Shown here: piece by piece, positions 50,008 to 62,989 of the stretch
Layout of the letters: every line of letters begins with the position of its first letter
How positions within the stretch are numbered: position 1 is the first letter of the stretch
From: Octopus bimaculoides
Lineage: Eukaryota
Reading direction: 5' to 3'
Assembly (NCBI RefSeq): GCF_001194135.2
Contig: NC_068995.1
Coordinates: 35,300,088-35,364,087, forward strand
DNA length: 64,000 nt
The notes under the pieces: model-generated
The model's database searches: none
The model's input: only the letters and a program-made list of their open reading frames with translations
What the model was told of the DNA's origin: nothing
Position numbers and translations under genes: made by a program

Positions 50008-51643
50008 ATTTCTTTATTACCCATAAAGGGCTATACAAAGAATTTTTAAGACATCAAAAAACATAAAGACAGTACAAAACGCAACAAACATAAAATCGGG
50101 GTAATTAAAATAAAATGATAATATGCAAGGATGGAAAAATGAGGCGCAATGTCCACTCGACCCCTGAAGTCGGTTGGTTACATTTATCCAGTTTATCACT
50201 TTTACGTTCAACGTCACGTAAACATTTTAACGGTTTTGTAACTCAAGAATTTCAAACACTCGCGTTACCTTTCTCCTATTAACCATTGTTACGTCCGTCC
50301 TTATCAACTGCAAATAATTAGTTCTAGGGGGTGGTATCTCCACTAACCATACCCGTTTCGTTATTATATTTTCACCAAGTTCTTTTATGTACTCCCAGTA
50401 GTTTCCCTCATGTATCAAAATGTATTTCTCAGCACATTTCTCTGGCATCTTCACTGTTATTTTTTCCTCCAGCCACTCGACTTTTCTCTCCATCTGTTAG
50501 CAATTCTCGTACTTTATCAAAAACCCCTTGTATTTGACATCTTTCTACGTTCTCTCCTCCTCTTCTTGTACATTATTAGTTTCTGGCTTTTCTATCCTTT
50601 TTTTTGTTTTCTGTTGACCGTTCTTTTGACTTATCTTTCTTTCGCTTTTTAGGGTTAGTAGCTCCATTTGCGTTCTTCTCCTTTGTTTTCTCTGTTTCAC
50701 ACTTCTGTCTCTCTTTCATTTCCTCAGTGTGGTCTACAATGTTTTCCTCCTCTGCTTGTGCTTTCTCTTGCTGTGGCTGTGTGAAGTCATATAGGGGGCA
50801 TTTGGTCTTCATATGACCTCTTACCCCGCGTGTATAGCAGTTTGGTTTCCTTCCTTCGACTACAACATTTAACGTTCTATCATCCTCCACTTCTATCTGG
50901 TAGGGAATTCTTTCTATGTCCTCGAATGTGGCAAAAAGCCACATTTCGAATCCAAATCCCCACCATTTGCGCACTTTTAATTTCGCCACTGGTCCCAATT
51001 CCGGCTCCTCCTTGGTTGCAGCCAGCACTGTTGCAACCAACCACTCTGGTTTAATTTCTGGTGTAGTTCTGGGAATACGTATTTCCCCACTTCTTCTTCC
51101 TCTATAACTTGGTAGCAATGCTATTTTTGCACTTCTTAAAATGTTGGTCGCATGCTCGGTTGCGTCTTCTATAGTGGCGAACCACACCTCTACCGTACCG
51201 AAATTTCTTCCTCTGTTGATGTACGTGGCTTCATTCACAATTTCACCCAGGCACTCCTCGATTTCTTCCTCCGTCACCATTTCAATTTTACAGGTTTCGA
51301 CAGCCTGTGTATGATACACTACAATCCTCGGAATTTTGCTTTCTTTAGTCTCTTTTGGATGGCAAAATTTTTTATGACTCTCCCTCAACTTCTATCAAAT
51401 TCCCGCTTCTGGTCACCTCCCCCATATCCAACTTGATTAACTTGGTTTCCAGCGGAACTGGCTTCCTCGCCGCAGTGGCCTTGGCGTAGCTCTCCATACT
51501 GGAGACACTACCACTTGCCATAGCTGGGAAAAATTGCAGCGGCTCGCGTGAAACGTAACCGTAATAATTTCACAAAAATCACAATTATTTACAGAGACAA
51601 CTTACAGGAATTCACAGTTTTCACAATAATTCACAGAACCGTT
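50008..51643 (-). mobile_element. ORF1-only (HAL1-like) non-LTR retroelement, 1636 bp, with 6-bp TSD
   Basis: TSD ATACCG at 50002-50007 and 51644-51649. About 120 bp of 5' UTR, ORF1, and ~220 bp of 3' UTR ending GGGTAATAAAGAAAT. No endonuclease or RT motif seen. Confidence 0.75.
50227..51521 (-). pseudogene. L1/Tx1-type ORF1 (Gag-like) protein with a Zn-knuckle, frameshifted
   Basis: ATG at 51521 (MASGSVSSMESYAKAT...), frameshift near 51390 into the 270-aa ORF 51388-50576. That ORF has an RRM-like segment (RGRNFGTVEVWF), then VVVEGRKPNCYTRGVRGHMKTKCP, a CX2CX4HX4C knuckle whose second Cys is CGC (one change from TGC), and a K/E-rich tail. ORF 50493-50227 may be its continuation. Confidence 0.75.
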
Positions 51644-51918
51644 ATACCGCTAAGCATTTCGCCCGGCGTGCTAATTTTTTCTACCAGCTCACCGCCTAAA
51701 TAATCCTTTCTACTATAGGAACAAGGCCTGGAATTTTGGGGGAGCGGGATAGTCGATTTCATCGATACCAGTACTTGATTGGTACCTAAGTTTTCGGCTC
51801 CAAAAGGATGAAAGGCAAAGTCGACCTCGGTGGAATTTGAACTCAGAACGTTGTGCCAGACGAAGTACCGCTAATCATTTAGCCTGGCGTGCAAACGATT
51901 CTGCCAGCTCGCCGCCTA
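51644..51918 (-). mobile_element. Head of the interrupted family-3 SINE (51644-51697) and a complete A-tail copy (51700-51918)
   Basis: AGGCGGCGAGCTGGCAGAATCGTTTGCACGCCAGGC...GAGTTCAAATTCCACCGAGGTCGACTTTGCC...GGCCTTGTTCCTATAGTAGAAAGGATTATT. Confidence 0.88.
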
Positions 51919-53103
51919 AGCGACAGCAATAATAATTGTGAATACATGTAATAATCCGATTTGAAGATATGAAAGGATCTTGGCGAAATTTTTTTAACAA
52001 CGATGTTTTATTAGAAAATATGCAGCAATGTTAATTTAAAAAAAAAAAAGCTGTTTATTTACCTCCAAATGCAAGATGATTGGTAGAGCAAAATGTCCAA
52101 GAAATTGATTGTTCAAAGAATTTAATTTACATATTGACCAACGCCACTACAATGCCAATATAGATCCTCCTGCATCATGTAGACGATCAATGCCCCAATA
52201 CCGAATACAAATATACCGAGATTCCAGCTAAACAATACATGCAGTTACAGAGATTAACGTTTTACCAAAGTAGAAATTGGGGTTGTGTAGATATTGCACA
52301 AACTTTATTTTACCAAGGACGTGATAAAACAAAATCGAATTAATTGAATATCAATAGCAAGATACGTTGAATAATTTGACGAAGTATTCACGGCAAGTGA
52401 ATCGCGAAGATTAGAATATTCAGAACAACTACTGCAGCATCTGAAAAATTGTACAAACAATAGAAACAGAATAAGAATGCGAGGCGCCATAACAATTAAC
52501 AATTTGCAAAGTATCTGGCGACATTAAATTTACTGTGGTTTGTTAATCTATTTACAGAAATACACTGTACTTGTAGAATATTAAAGATTTGTGCTAATTA
52601 GATAGAATGAACATTCATAATAAGCAGTTATTTAGAATTCTTTAAAATACGTAGCGAAATATAAAGGTAAAACTCCAACTGTTGTACATATACACAACAA
52701 GCAAACAGATAGATGAGCATAGACTAGGAGCAGCGAATGCATGGAAATAATGCACAGAGGAATACGGGTGTTGGTGAATGGCTGATAGAAAATAAAAACA
52801 CACTCATCATCCTAGAAACTTAGCATTCATTGCCGAGCTAAATGTTTTTTGTCATCCAGTCCTTGTTTTTCGCTGGATATTTATCTATAGATGCAGAGAT
52901 TCATCTGCATGTCATACATTCATGTATCACTATAATCCGGAAATGCGCAGATGTCTTATGTGAGACGGCTACCATCCGATAAGAGCAAGCATTCAACTAA
53001 CATACTAAAACACACACACACGCACATAATATCTATTTATCTATCTACCTATCTATCTGCCTATCTATCTGTTTATCTGTCTGTCTCTCTATCTATCTAT
53101 GTC

Positions 53104-53412
53104 TTCTACTATAGCTTTGGGCCGTCTAATGCCTTGCGAGTTGATTTGGCAGAGGGAAACTGAAAGAAGCCCGTCGTATATATATATATCTATATATGCT
53201 TGTTCCTTTGTTTTCGCTCACCATCGGTTGAAAACCGATGTTGGTATGTTTACGTCCCTGTAACTTAGCAGTTCGGTAAAAGAGACCTATAGAATAAGTA
53301 CTAGGCATACAAAGAATAAGTCCTGTGGATGATTTGTTCAACTAAAGGCGGTGCTCCAGCATGGCCGCAGTCAAGTGATTGAAACAAATAAAAGAATAAA
53401 AGAAAAAGAAAA
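53104..53412 (+). mobile_element. Family-2 SINE, 5'-truncated
   Basis: Matches the 25536 and 38153 copies from TCTTCTACTATAGC to the tail. Confidence 0.82.
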
Positions 53413-54147
53413 ATATATATGCACACANNNNNNNNNNNNNNNNNNNNNNNNNNNNNNNNNNNNNNNNNNNNNNNNNNNNNNNNNNNNNNNNNNNNNNNNN
53501 NNNNNNNNNNNNNNNNNNNNNNNNNNNNNNNNNNNNNNNNNNNNNNNNNNNNNNNNNNNNNNNNNNNNNNNNNNNNNNNNNNNNNNNNNNNNNNNNNNNN
53601 NNNNNNNNNNNNNNNNNNNNNNNNNNNNNNNNNNNNNNNNNNNNNNNNNNNNNNNNNNNNNNNNNNNNNNNNNNNNNNNNNNNNNNNNNNNNNNNNNNNN
53701 NNNNNNNNNNNNNNNNNNNNNNNNNNNNNNNNNNNNNNNNNNNNNNNNNNNNNNNNNNNNNNNNNNNNNNNNNNNNNNNNNNNNNNNNNNNNNNNNNNNN
53801 NNNNNNNNNNNNNNNNNNNNNNNNNNNNNNNNNNNNNNNNNNNNNNNNNNNNNNNNNNNNNNNNNNNNNNNNNNNNNNNNNNNNNNNNNNNNNNNNNNNN
53901 NNNNNNNNNNNNNNNNNNNNNNNNNNNNNNNNNNNNNNNNNNNNNNNNNNNNNNNNNNNNNNNNNNNNNNNNNNNNNNNNNNNNNNNNNNNNNNNNNNNN
54001 NNNNNNNNNNNNNNNNNNNNNNNNNNNNNNNNNNNNNNNNNNNNNNNNNNNNNNNNNNNNNNNNNNNNNNNNNNNNNNNNNNNNNNNNNNNNNNNNNNNN
54101 NNNNNNNNNNNNNNNNNNNNNNNNNNNNNNNNNNNNNNNNNNNNNNN

Positions 54148-54215
<68 letters not shown>

Positions 54216-55689
54216 AGATTGAGAGAGAAGTTTGTGAGGTCAAGATATTGTCATATATATATGCCCTGAAAAGAATTACATTTCTGGATAGACGTTTCGT
54301 GTTACAAAGAATACACTTTTAGCTTTAAAGAATTGTTTTAAGGTCACAAACCCACTTCTCTTTCAGCCATACGTACATATACATACTCTTATCACAATAT
54401 ATGATATTCATATTTCCAAATAGAAATTAAGCCAGTCAGTGTATTCCGTAATATTTTTCTATCCACAGAGAAGTTTATCCACATTTGCAGTGACGCTTAT
54501 AATTTATAAACTGGAACTTTACATATACCAACGTTCAAATTAATCAGTACAAGCTGTGTTATGCATAATGAAATAATTGCCCAATATGCCAAAGAATGCA
54601 CAATTATGCAGATTAAGCAGTTCCTTTCGGCTGAGACCTGGTTTGTGTGTCATTAAAGTGTTACAAGCGGTCAATCTCTATATGAATTTATTCTCCAATG
54701 AATCTCGAAATAGAGATGAAACTAGTCAGAACAATCCAAATATTTAAATCCCGCGCACAGAGATGTGTGTGTGTGTGTGTGCGTGCTCACTTGCATATGA
54801 TTGCATATTTACAATTAAAAGGTGTTTAATGATCAATACTCTGTATTAGACATACTCCGCGTTACGTTGATGGGAAATCATCAAGTATGACCATTAATGC
54901 GGCCTGTAATTTCACTCTCACGGAAAGACGCATTGCGTAGTTTTAAAATGTTAAGTTAAAATTACACTTTCTTCTTTGCACAACGGCCAATTGCGGTTTA
55001 CTTATGATCAAAGTATTTAGTTATGGAGTTGAAAAAAATATCGTCACGTTACACGCATACATGCTCATGTGAATTTATGATGTACATAATGTGAGTATAT
55101 CATGTGTATGTGTGTGCGAGTGTGTGTGTTGTATATATATATATATATACCTTTATATATACACACACATACATGAATGTGTGGATATGTATATATGTAT
55201 GTGTGTATATACGTCTGAATGTATGTATGTGAGCGGGTGTCTCTATCATGTACACGAATACAACCAACAACAGTATCAGCAATATATAATACGAAGTAGA
55301 TAAGCAAATACGTTTTAAATAAAAACGTATAATGTGCTGTCCTAGTGTATTTTAGGAGTCGAATGAAGTGTCAGTGATTTTAGGTGTATTAGGATTGACT
55401 TGAGACTAAGCAGGCACAACAATCCAGTTAACAAGAACAATATGACCGCCACACCACCATAACAAACATTTAAACCAATGCGTGCGTGTGTGTGAATTTA
55501 TGTCTTCAGTCAGAAGTGCAACAGATGAATTGCCTATAAAATCTGGTGACCCTTCAACTAATTCTAATCATATAGTACTTTTTCTTCCTTTTCAACTCAT
55601 TTTCCTTATTGCATCAATAGGAATAAGGCAATTTTCTGTTCTTAAAAAGCTAATCTTTACCGGGCCAATTTTTTTACATATTTTGTAGT

Positions 55690-57660
55690 GGACAAATAAT
55701 CGTCGCTGCTGTTCGATTTGTCTTCAGTTTTAAATGTCTGGAAAGAAGTGATCAAGTACATCTGAAGGCAATAGTGCGAAAAGGGACCGGAAAATGATTA
55801 CACTGGATATTAAAGATATTAAAATAGATGTTTTAAAAAGACTTAATGCGGAGGTAAAACTAAGTTTGCCAAACCATTAAATCTTGCAACGTATACATTC
55901 GGAACAATACAGGTTCGGATTAATGTGTTGATAAACACGATGGATGGTTCATTTGACGATATACAGAAAAATCAAGGTGAAACGTCTATAGAATAATTCT
56001 TGTAAAAGCTGGTTTGAAAGGTTTAAGAAACGCATGAATTTGCACAACCTAAAAATGACTGGTGAAATTGCGAGCTGTGATACAGAGGATGATACAAATT
56101 ATCTGGAGCAGTTCAAGAAAATGATTGCTGAAGGAGCTACACACATGATTTCTGAAAGGGTTGAAGGGACTAGAGACCAAGTATACAATGTTCATGATAC
56201 TACATTTCTCTAGAAGCGCATGCCATCTACAACTTTATTTCTCCAGAAGAAAAATCAACATCAGGATTTTAAAATTCCAAAAGTCGTCTAACACTTCTGT
56301 TGGTAGGAAATGCCATTGGTAGATTTGGAATTCAAGCCGATATATGTTTATCACTCTGAAAGTCTAAGGGCTCTCAACGGTTGCAAAGTTTAATCTACCC
56401 CTGATTTGGCGTCCAATTAAGATGTCATGGATGACTAAGTGCCTTTTCTAACATTGGTTTACAAATGTTCCTTTTTTTTTTCTTTTGCGGTAGAATGGTA
56501 CCGTGCCAGACATTATTTCCAATAAAGTGTTGCTTCTTTCAGACAATGCACTGAGCTTTCCACCTCCTGCCAACATAGATGATATTTCTGATAATGTGAG
56601 AGTAGAATATATCCCCAGAATACTTCTTTGTTCCAGCCAATTAATCAAAGTATGATAGTCATATTGTATGAGAAGGTATATTATATGAGAAGAACTTTCA
56701 AGCAACTTATGAAAACAATTGACAGGGAGGGTAAACCTACAGTTAGAGATTTCTCGAATAAATTCAACAAAATGAATGCTGTGAAACCTTCAATTTTGAA
56801 TTGTGGTTGGAAAACTACATGGCCAGGCATCCGTTACATTACAAACCGTCCTCAAACAGAAAGTGTAAAACAAATTTGGAAATATGTGTCACTTGGAAAG
56901 GATATAAGATTTTTAAAATTCATAGAGCATGATATGACTTAGTTGCTAGTGTCCCAGAGAGAATTTTTATTTAATGAGGTGCTGATTCTGTATGAAAAAG
57001 AATCTAAGAATACAGTCGAGACAACAGAAGTTCCACCTACACCACTTAAACTGACTAAAAAAAATATTCTTGAAATGTTGGTACATATAGAGGAAGGTCT
57101 GCAACATTTTACTGATAATGACCCAAATCTTGAACACAAGATCAAAATTACAAAAGGAGTTTAAAATGAGCTCAGTTTGTATACTGAGCTAGGCAAGGAG
57201 ATAATGCACCATATATAACAAACAACTTAAGATAAGATTTCTACCTTTCAAGCTGATGTTCGTAACAATAGACTTTAAGATAGTAAATACTAACATCATT
57301 CTCCTTCTAGTAACCCTCATTCCACCACCGATCCTTACACAGTTGTCAGCATCTTTTGCACTAAGAATGTATTCTTACGTTATTTTGATTCTTATTAATT
57401 CCTTAACTTATTCCTCTTGAAATGTTGACGGGTTTATGTGTTTTTATCCATCTATATTCTGTATGTTTAGAAATCGTTTGTTTCATATATAATGATGTTC
57501 TCTGGGTTCTTGTGCTTCAGTTTTTATCTTCTCAAAATGTCCGTAAGAATGCAATCTCACTTGATAATATAAAAGTTAGCTGGAAAATTAATTACGCGTT
57601 ACTGAATTTTTCGTTAAGTCCAGATTTTCGGGTAGTATTATTTCCGTAAAGCAACGGACC
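55690..57660 (+). mobile_element. Tigger/pogo-family transposon (CENP-B HTH + DDE_1), heavily decayed
   Basis: KRDRKMITLDIK, HNLKMTGEIAS, VYNV(H)D.T...KRMP, RLTLLLVGNA, KVLLLSDNA and FQPINQSMI (ORF 56628-56942) are Tigger1-like motifs. Ends are approximate. Confidence 0.78.
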
Positions 57661-57662
57661 CT

Positions 57663-57663
<1 letters not shown>

Positions 57664-57721
<58 letters not shown>

Positions 57722-58323
57722 ATGTATGCATATATANNNNNNNNNNTATATCATATCATATATATCATATAATATGTTACAAAAACAAAATAGAAACTAC
57801 ACGTGGAAATGTAAGGGGAAAGTACGAAGAAAAATAAGCGAAAATGCGTGTGCGTGTGTGTGTGCGTATACATTATACCTATATGTATACACATGTGCAT
57901 ATGTATATATATATATGCGTATATATATATATACACACAGAATATACACACATATACACATATACATATATACACACATATACACATATACATATACATA
58001 TATATATATATATATATATACGTATTTATGTATGTGCATATATATGTATATATGTATAACGCCGGTGTTTTAATGGTGGCAGCTGATGAAGGAGATGTTT
58101 CTATGTGGCTTGCTTGTTTATTGTATCATGTTTATCACTTTGTCCATGTTCTTTTGTCACGACATGTACCTAGTTATGTATCTATATGTACATGTAGATG
58201 AAGGTATGTACATACATGTACATATATATGCATTTACTCATATATTGTTTATATATATATATATATATAAATATATATATTTTATATATATATATATATC
58301 TATAAATATATACATATATATAT
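57664..58323. repeat. (TG)n, (TA)n and (CATA)n compound microsatellite region
   Basis: Direct runs around a small gap. Confidence 0.9.
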
Positions 58324-59106
58324 NNNNNNNNNNNNNNNNNNNNNNNNNNNNNNNNNNNNNNNNNNNNNNNNNNNNNNNNNNNNNNNNNNNNNNNNNNNNN
58401 NNNNNNNNNNNNNNNNNNNNNNNNNNNNNNNNNNNNNNNNNNNNNNNNNNNNNNNNNNNNNNNNNNNNNNNNNNNNNNNNNNNNNNNNNNNNNNNNNNNN
58501 NNNNNNNNNNNNNNNNNNNNNNNNNNNNNNNNNNNNNNNNNNNNNNNNNNNNNNNNNNNNNNNNNNNNNNNNNNNNNNNNNNNNNNNNNNNNNNNNNNNN
58601 NNNNNNNNNNNNNNNNNNNNNNNNNNNNNNNNNNNNNNNNNNNNNNNNNNNNNNNNNNNNNNNNNNNNNNNNNNNNNNNNNNNNNNNNNNNNNNNNNNNN
58701 NNNNNNNNNNNNNNNNNNNNNNNNNNNNNNNNNNNNNNNNNNNNNNNNNNNNNNNNNNNNNNNNNNNNNNNNNNNNNNNNNNNNNNNNNNNNNNNNNNNN
58801 NNNNNNNNNNNNNNNNNNNNNNNNNNNNNNNNNNNNNNNNNNNNNNNNNNNNNNNNNNNNNNNNNNNNNNNNNNNNNNNNNNNNNNNNNNNNNNNNNNNN
58901 NNNNNNNNNNNNNNNNNNNNNNNNNNNNNNNNNNNNNNNNNNNNNNNNNNNNNNNNNNNNNNNNNNNNNNNNNNNNNNNNNNNNNNNNNNNNNNNNNNNN
59001 NNNNNNNNNNNNNNNNNNNNNNNNNNNNNNNNNNNNNNNNNNNNNNNNNNNNNNNNNNNNNNNNNNNNNNNNNNNNNNNNNNNNNNNNNNNNNNNNNNNN
59101 NNNNNN

Positions 59107-59158
<52 letters not shown>

Positions 59159-59950
59159 GTGTGTATCTGTTTATAATATTGCACAGCTATCAAATTCAGT
59201 GTGTAGCAAATAGTCTATCAAAGTAAAAATGATTTCAATCAGTTTTCCCACTTGTGTTCCTTAACAACGTCATCTGGTATAGAATTCACCTAGCAGCTCT
59301 AGTACAAATCCGCCGCACATTTTTATGTACAAGCATAAACATAGATTTACATAATTAAAATTACGTCTTGAGAGACAGAAACTGTTAGCACTATAAAATA
59401 ATTTATAATTTTACGTATATTGCTGAAGCAATTTTGGTAGAATAATCGATAAATGTTTGTTTCTCTGGTACCGTTCTTAACCTTAACTTCTGTCTCTCTG
59501 TCTTTCGCATCTGCATTGCCTCTTTTGTCTTAATGTCATTGTATTTTCTTCGTGCTATTAGAGAAAACAAGAAATTAAGGAAAATTTATTAGTCACTTAT
59601 AATTATTCTGTTTTGTTTTTCTAATTATATATATATATATATATAATATTAGCATTACACGCTAAATACATCTCTAGAAACTATCCTAACTTAATATTTG
59701 TTTTCCTTTTATTGTTATAAACATTTTGTTTGTTTCTATATGTTCATCATCATCTATATCTACATTAATCTATCATTCTTTTGTTTCATTATTTTCCTAT
59801 TCACATTTTAATTATCTTAGTTATTATTGTTTCTAAACATTTTCAATTAGGTGGCTTTTATTCTGAAGATATCTCTAGAATTGTTTTATTATTACAGAAA
59901 TCAATTTTTTCCAATTTTAATATCTTATGGGTGTATGCAGAGTTTTGATG

Positions 59951-61071
59951 TTAGAGGATGGGTTAAAAAGCTCATAGGCTGAGTATGAAGGAGTTATGCT
60001 ACAGCTATGAAGTTTTGGATGTATTACTTTCAACCCTTTCTTACTAATAACTACTTTGTTTCTTTCCAGGTAAACTGACGTCTGACTGTTTAAAGAAGAC
60101 TTAAAAATAACTTTTAACGACTTCTCTTGAAAATGAACAGAAATAGGCATCGTCGTGTTATCAAGTACCAGACGAAAAAGTGTATCTGGACCTGTTGTAA
60201 CTGACTCCACCAAAGAAATCATTGATTGTATTCACCACATAGCGAATGATGACAGATTTAAGAATGATGAGAGATTTAAGAATATCCTGCGAAATGAAAT
60301 TGGCATGAGGTAAATTGCTGCACAGTGAGTGCCACATTATCTGGCACCTAATCAAAAGCGCACGTGGCCGATTACATTACGGGCAAATTTGACATTGATT
60401 GAGGCAGATGCAGCTGGTTTCTTCGAAGGCTTCCTAAAACAGGATGAGTGGTGGTTTCATCTCTTTGAACCGGAGAGAAAGGGACAATGCACGCAGTAAA
60501 CACCTCTTCTCACCTGTTCTAAAGAAGGCCATGGACGTTTCATCTATATGGAAGATGATGGCCTGAGATCTTTGGAATGCAAAAGGAACTGTGTTTATCT
60601 TTAACAAGGGCCACACCATCAATAGAGAATACTATACCAACTTGTTGAGGCAGTTACGAATGTTTATCAAGAGGAAATGTCCAGAAACATTGACGAAAGG
60701 GGTCATTGCTCGTCAGGACAATGCTCCAGCACATAAATCTTTGATTTCAATGGCTGTCACGCATGGCTGTGGTTTTGATTTAGTTGATCACACTCACATG
60801 ATTTGGCTTCAACTATCGTCTGTTCCCCAGCATGAATAAACACTTGACTAGGAACCACTATCGCAGTAGTAATAAAGTCACATCTACTATTGGTGACATT
60901 TTTAGCCAAAAGGATGAAAGACTTTTCAGTAAAGGGACCTAGGCACTCAACACTGATGAAAGAAATGTGTGGACCACAAGCGGGGACTATGTTGAAAACT
61001 AAACCTTATTTGGTCACATTCCATGAAAGTACCTTGATCAGCCTAAAATCCTTTCAACCTACCTACCCTTG
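59951..61071 (+). mobile_element. Decayed mariner, same family as 3352-4566
   Basis: TIR remnants GAGGATGGGTTAAAAAGCTCATAGGCTGA and TCAGCCTAAAATCCTTTCAACCTACC. Fragments FLKQDEWWFHLFEPE and KGHTINREYYTNLLRQLR...RQDNAPAHKS...GFDLVDH (ORF 60591-60839). Confidence 0.87.
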
Positions 61072-62139
61072 TATGGTGAAGATAGTTCACTTGAAAACTA
61101 CAAGATATTAAGTTGGATCCTACCAGATAGTACCTAAATCAAGCCTCTTCTAGCGTAGCCTCCGGTCGACTAAATATTTTTTCTGTGAAATTTGGTAAAC
61201 AAGAACTCCGTAGTAGACTGTCAACTGAACTGTTCTTACTGAATGGTAGACTTAATGTTTTTCTCCGTTTAATAATATAATCTGTTCCCCAGTGTGACTC
61301 CCTTAGCAGAGTCCAGTGTTTCATGAATTCTTCCCTTAATCCCACTAGTATTTGGGAAGCTGAAACGACTTCATTTGTGCTACGCGCTTTCGTTTCGTAA
61401 CCATAAAATATACACAAATCATAAACCCTATTTCTGCCAGTTATACATTAGACCTTTAGACTGTATAACAAAGTTGCAAAAGCCTAATTTTTTATCAGAA
61501 GATTAGTAGTGTATGTTTAGGGAAACAGACGACAAATTTCATATAATTACTTAAAATCATGCATTAACAATATTTTGGCACACTCTGCAGTTTCAGGGTT
61601 GAATAAGATGTAGCATATGAAGCAGATAATAGATACTGTCGACACATACTATTCTTGGCAATACTAGGCGATTTTTTTATACACGAGAAACAATATAACC
61701 TGTGATAGCAAACTGCATTATTTTCATTCCTGTTGAAAGCTTTTTATACAAAGATTGTCAATAAAATTTCAAGCTAGAAAAAACAGACGATGCATTTTTT
61801 TTTCAGCAGAACATAGCGAAAGATCAAAAATATTTGTTACATTCCTGCTATAGAAATATAACAACATATATCAGCAAAGAGAAACTGGGAGATGTTACGC
61901 TATGAGTATGTATAACCTTGTTTTATGCAGATTCTTGAAAGAAACAAAACTGATGAGATGAGAATATGAAATTTTGCCTGATACTCAGCTGATAGAGTGT
62001 TGTAATTTGTAGGTGTACACACGTACAAATACAATTTCAGGCACTCTCACAAACAGCACCACGAACTCATGTATACTCACACACGCAGAGATACATACAC
62101 ACATACATATCTCCATGGAAACATACATGACATATTTAT

Positions 62140-62345
62140 TCTTTTATTCTTTTATTTGTTTCAGTTATTTGACTGCGGCCATACTGAAGCATCGCCTTTG
62201 GTAGAACACATCTACCCCTGGACTTATTCTTTGTAAGCCTAGTACTTATTCTATCGGTCTCTTTTGCCAAACCGCTAATTTACAGGGACGTGAAAACACC
62301 AGGATCGGTTGTCAAGCGATGATGGGGAGACAAACACAGACACAC
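62140..62345 (-). mobile_element. Family-2 SINE 3' half
   Basis: Reverse complement of ...TAAGTACTAGGCTTACAAAGAATAAGTCC...GTATGGCCGCAGTCAAAT..CTGAAACAAATAAAAG. Confidence 0.8.
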
Positions 62346-62910
62346 AAACATATGCACGCGCGCATACACACACACACTCACANNNNNNNNNNNNNNNNNN
62401 NNNNNNNNNNNNNNNNNNNNNNNNNNNNNNNNNNNNNNNNNNNNNNNNNNNNNNNNNNNNNNNNNNNNNNNNNNNNNNNNNNNNNNNNNNNNNNNNNNNN
62501 NNNNNNNNNNNNNNNNNNNNNNNNNNNNNNNNNNNNNNNNNNNNNNNNNNNNNNNNNNNNNNNNNNNNNNNNNNNNNNNNNNNNNNNNNNNNNNNNNNNN
62601 NNNNNNNNNNNNNNNNNNNNNNNNNNNNNNNNNNNNNNNNNNNNNNNNNNNNNNNNNNNNNNNNNNNNNNNNNNNNNNNNNNNNNNNNNNNNNNNNNNNN
62701 NNNNNNNNNNNNNNNNNNNNNNNNNNNNNNNNNNNNNNNNNNNNNNNNNNNNNNNNNNNNNNNNNNNNNNNNNNNNNNNNNNNNNNNNNNNCTTTCCAGT
62801 GGCCTTCTTGGACAGCCTGTACTTCTCCTTTCGATCTTCTGAGCCTAAATGATCTAGGTTTCTGGGGCCGAATCAAAAAAATTAAAGTAATGATGATGAT
62901 GATGATGATC

Positions 62911-62971
<61 letters not shown>

Positions 62972-62989
62972 TAAAAACAACAACAAGGT

